A stretch of 64,000 bases of DNA from Thermoleophilia bacterium (GTDB lineage: Bacteria; Actinomycetota; Thermoleophilia; BMS3ABIN01), in contig JBAZZU010000011.1 of NCBI GenBank assembly GCA_041658605.1, positions 3,300 to 67,299 of the forward strand, read 5' to 3'. Shown here piece by piece: positions 61,522 through 64,000 of the stretch. Every line of letters starts with the position of its first letter. Positions within the stretch are counted from its first letter, which is position 1. Made by a program: the position numbers and the translations under genes. The notes beneath the pieces were generated by a model. It did no database searches and was not told where the DNA came from. It worked only from the letters and a program-made list of their open reading frames with translations.

Positions 61522-62436
61522 ATGCCGATACCGGAGGTCTCAAAAATCTGGATGAACGGTGAGATGGTGGACTGGAAGGAAGCAAAGGTCCACATACTCA
61601 CGCATGCCCTGCACTACGGCTCGGGCGTTTTTGAAGGCATACGGGCATATGACACCAAAAAAGGGACACATGTCTACCGCCTGACAGAACACATCGAGCG
61701 GCTGATGCGCTCGGCGAAGATCTACATGATGGACGTGCCGTTCAGCACCGAAGAGCTGGTGCAGGCGACCAAAGACGTCATCAAGGCCAACGAGCTGGAG
61801 AGCTGCTATATCCGGCCGATAATCTACCGCGGCTACGGCGAGATGGGGCTTTTCCCGCTTCATGCTCCGGTCGATGTTGCGATTGCGGTCTGGCCCTGGG
61901 GTACGTACCTGGGCGACGACGGCATCAAGCATGGTATACGTGCCAAGATCTCCTCATTCCGGCGCTTCGGACCCAACAGCATGCCACCCGCCGCCAAGGC
62001 TACCGGGCAATACATAAACTCCAGCTTGGCAAAGGTGGAAGCGGTCAAGGGCGGCTACGAGGAAGCCATCCTGCTCGACGACCAGGGAAACATCTCGGAG
62101 GGCTCGGGGGAGAATATTTTCGTGGTCAGGAATGGCGTCGTGGCGACTCCGCCCACGTCCTGCGACGTGCTCGAGGGCATAACCGCGGATACGGTTTTCA
62201 CCATATGCAGGGACGAGGGCATTCCGTTGCAGCAGAAGGTCATGGTCCGCTCCGACCTGTATGTCGCTGACGAGGCATTTCTTACGGGAACCGCGGCCGA
62301 AATAGTGCCGTTGCGCGAGGTGGACGACCGCGTTATCGGTGAGCCGGGTCCGATCACGAGGAAGATACAGGATATCTTCTACGGGATCATCAAGGGCGAG
62401 AATGAGAAGTATGGGGATTATCTGGAGTGGGTATAG
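61522..62436 (+). CDS. ilvE: Branched-chain amino acid aminotransferase
   Basis: HALHYGSGVFEG, YIRP, AKATGQY, EGSGEN, LEGIT, GTAAE. Confidence 0.96.
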   Translation: MPIPEVSKIWMNGEMVDWKEAKVHILTHALHYGSGVFEGIRAYDTKKGTHVYRLTEHIERLMRSAKIYMMDVPFSTEELVQATKDVIKANELESCYIRPIIYRGYGEMGLFPLHAPVDVAIAVWPWGTYLGDDGIKHGIRAKISSFRRFGPNSMPPAAKATGQYINSSLAKVEAVKGGYEEAILLDDQGNISEGSGENIFVVRNGVVATPPTSCDVLEGITADTVFTICRDEGIPLQQKVMVRSDLYVADEAFLTGTAAEIVPLREVDDRVIGEPGPITRKIQDIFYGIIKGENEKYGDYLEWV

Positions 62437-62531
62437 GCTGCTTGAAGTATGGATTGGTGTAAGCGGGAGCGGTTTGTCTTGATTCCATTTCTGTGTTTTT
62501 GATAGCAAAAACAAAGACTGCATATCGGTGG

Positions 62532-62606
62532 AAGCCGGGACAGGGTGCCTGGACTTCCACTCAGGTCTTCGACAACCGTTCCAGCCCAGACACCCTGTCC
62601 CGGCTT
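62532..62606. repeat. 16-bp perfect inverted repeat around a 43-nt spacer
   Basis: AAGCCGGGACAGGGTG (62532-47) and CACCCTGTCCCGGCTT (62591-606). Confidence 0.8.
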
Positions 62607-62668
62607 GGGGCCGTTTGATAAATTGACGGGAAGAACGTTTGTTATGAAACTCAATCAGGGGAATTGAT

Positions 62669-64000
62669 ATGACCCGCAGGATTGAAATATATGACACAAC
62701 TCTTCGTGACGGGATGCAGCGGGAGGGGATGAGCTGCTCTGTTGATGAGAAGGTCCAGATCGCGCTGCGGCTGGACCGCCTCGGCGTGCATTACATCGAG
62801 GGCGGATTTCCCGGCTCCAATCCCAAGGATGTGGAATTTTATAAAAGGGTGGCGACGCACAGGCTGCGCTCCGCTCGTCTGGCTGCTTTTGGCATGACCC
62901 ATAAAAAGGGCGTTCGTCCGCACCAGGATCCGCTGCTCAAGGGCCTGCTTAAAGTGGATACGCCCGTGGTCACCATCGTCGGCAAGAGCTGGAAGCTGCA
63001 TACCCAGAAAGTGCTGAGGGTCGGCCTGGAAGAAAATTTGAAGATGATAGAGGGCACGGTCAGCTACCTGGTGCGCAAGGGGCGCGAGGTTTTTTATGAC
63101 GCCGAGCATTTTTTCGATGGATTCCTGGATGACCAGGAGTACGCGCTGCGCACCCTGAAGGTTGCGGTTGAAGCGGGGGCGAGCCGTGTGGTGCTCTGCG
63201 ACACCAATGGCGCCACACTGCCATCGCAGGCGGCTGCGATTGTCGGGCGCGTGGTCTCCGAAGCCGGCGTTCCGGTCGGCATCCATGCCCATAATGACGC
63301 TGATTGCGCCGTGGCGGTTTCGCTGATGGCCGTAGAGGCTGGCGCCGGCCAGGTCCAGGGGACCATCAACGGTTACGGCGAGCGCTGCGGCAACGCCAAC
63401 CTGGTTTCCATCATACCGGCGCTGAAGCTGAAGATGGGATTCAATTGCGTGAGCGACCGGCGTCTGGCGGAGCTTGCCGAGACATCTCATTATGTGGCCG
63501 AAGTGGTCAATGTGAGCCCCGAGACACACCAGCCCTATGTAGGCGAGAACGCGTTCGCGCACAAGGGCGGACTGCATGTGAGCGCGGCGCTCAAGGACGC
63601 GAGGACTTTCGAGCATGTGGATCCGGCGCTGGTGGGGAACCGGCAGCGCATCCTGATCAGCGAACTCTCCGGTCGGGCGACTGTGCTTAAAAAATGCACC
63701 GAGATGGGCCTGGACTTAAACGAAGACAAGGATACGCTCAACCGGCTGCTAAAAAGATTGAAGGATAAGGAGCATGCCGGTTATCACTACGAGGTGGCGG
63801 ACGCTTCGCTCGAGCTTTTCCTGAGACGTGAGCTGGGCCTCCATACGCCGACGGTCGAACTGGATAACTTCCGGGTGATCGTCCAGAAGCGCAAGAGCGC
63901 CGTTATCAGCGAGGCCAAGATCGTCCTCAGGAGCGATGCCGGCGGTGAGCTGCCGATCGCCTTCGCCGAGGGAAACGGCCCGGTAAACGCGCTCGACAAC
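62669..64000 (+). CDS. cimA: Citramalate synthase (runs off the window end)
   Basis: Translated by hand: MTRRIEIYDTTLRDGMQREG, YIEGGFPGSNPKD, FYDAEHFFDG, CDTNG, HAHND, GERCGN, AHKGGLH, SELSG, YEVADAS, EGNGPVNALD. Confidence 0.92.
   Translation, partial: MTRRIEIYDTTLRDGMQREGMSCSVDEKVQIALRLDRLGVHYIEGGFPGSNPKDVEFYKRVATHRLRSARLAAFGMTHKKGVRPHQDPLLKGLLKVDTPVVTIVGKSWKLHTQKVLRVGLEENLKMIEGTVSYLVRKGREVFYDAEHFFDGFLDDQEYALRTLKVAVEAGASRVVLCDTNGATLPSQAAAIVGRVVSEAGVPVGIHAHNDADCAVAVSLMAVEAGAGQVQGTINGYGERCGNANLVSIIPALKLKMGFNCVSDRRLAELAETSHYVAEVVNVSPETHQPYVGENAFAHKGGLHVSAALKDARTFEHVDPALVGNRQRILISELSGRATVLKKCTEMGLDLNEDKDTLNRLLKRLKDKEHAGYHYEVADASLELFLRRELGLHTPTVELDNFRVIVQKRKSAVISEAKIVLRSDAGGELPIAFAEGNGPVNALDN

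Noticed and set aside
62449-62502. Short ORF MDWCKRERFVLIPFLCF as a cimA attenuator peptide
   Set aside because: No run of Ile/Leu/Val codons, no RBS, no alternative terminator

Overview
Bacterial chromosomal window, probably from an anaerobic Actinomycetota (Thermoleophilia-like; this is inference from protein signatures). No prophage, IS element, CRISPR array or rRNA is visible. Housekeeping content: initiator tRNA-Met, rel, recJ, an EF-G2-type factor, CIRCE-controlled groESL, lysA, hpt, tpiA-gpmI-secG, aroE, hom-thrC-apgM and leuACDB-ilvE-cimA. Accessory content: (1) a type IV pilus locus (pilB-pilT-pilC, SigB/F-type sigma factor, c-di-GMP-I riboswitch, two major pilins, four minor pilins); (2) a Na,K/H,K-ATPase-like P-type pump followed by two TrkA genes; (3) two tandem Cys-rich-domain GGDEF/HD-GYP proteins; (4) two NlpC/P60 hydrolases and a surface protein with an unrecognised 4x repeat. 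Elements absent from the ORF track but readable in the DNA: a 38-aa orphan RiPP-like precursor with a lasso-type leader (9616-9732, minus), a glutaredoxin whose UGA is probably selenocysteine (U-G-I-stop, with a SECIS-like hairpin), a Leu-codon leader that can pair with the leuA Shine-Dalgarno, a decayed glcD-like fragment, and cimA running off the right end. All calls come from motif reading by eye; no database searches or folding programs were run.
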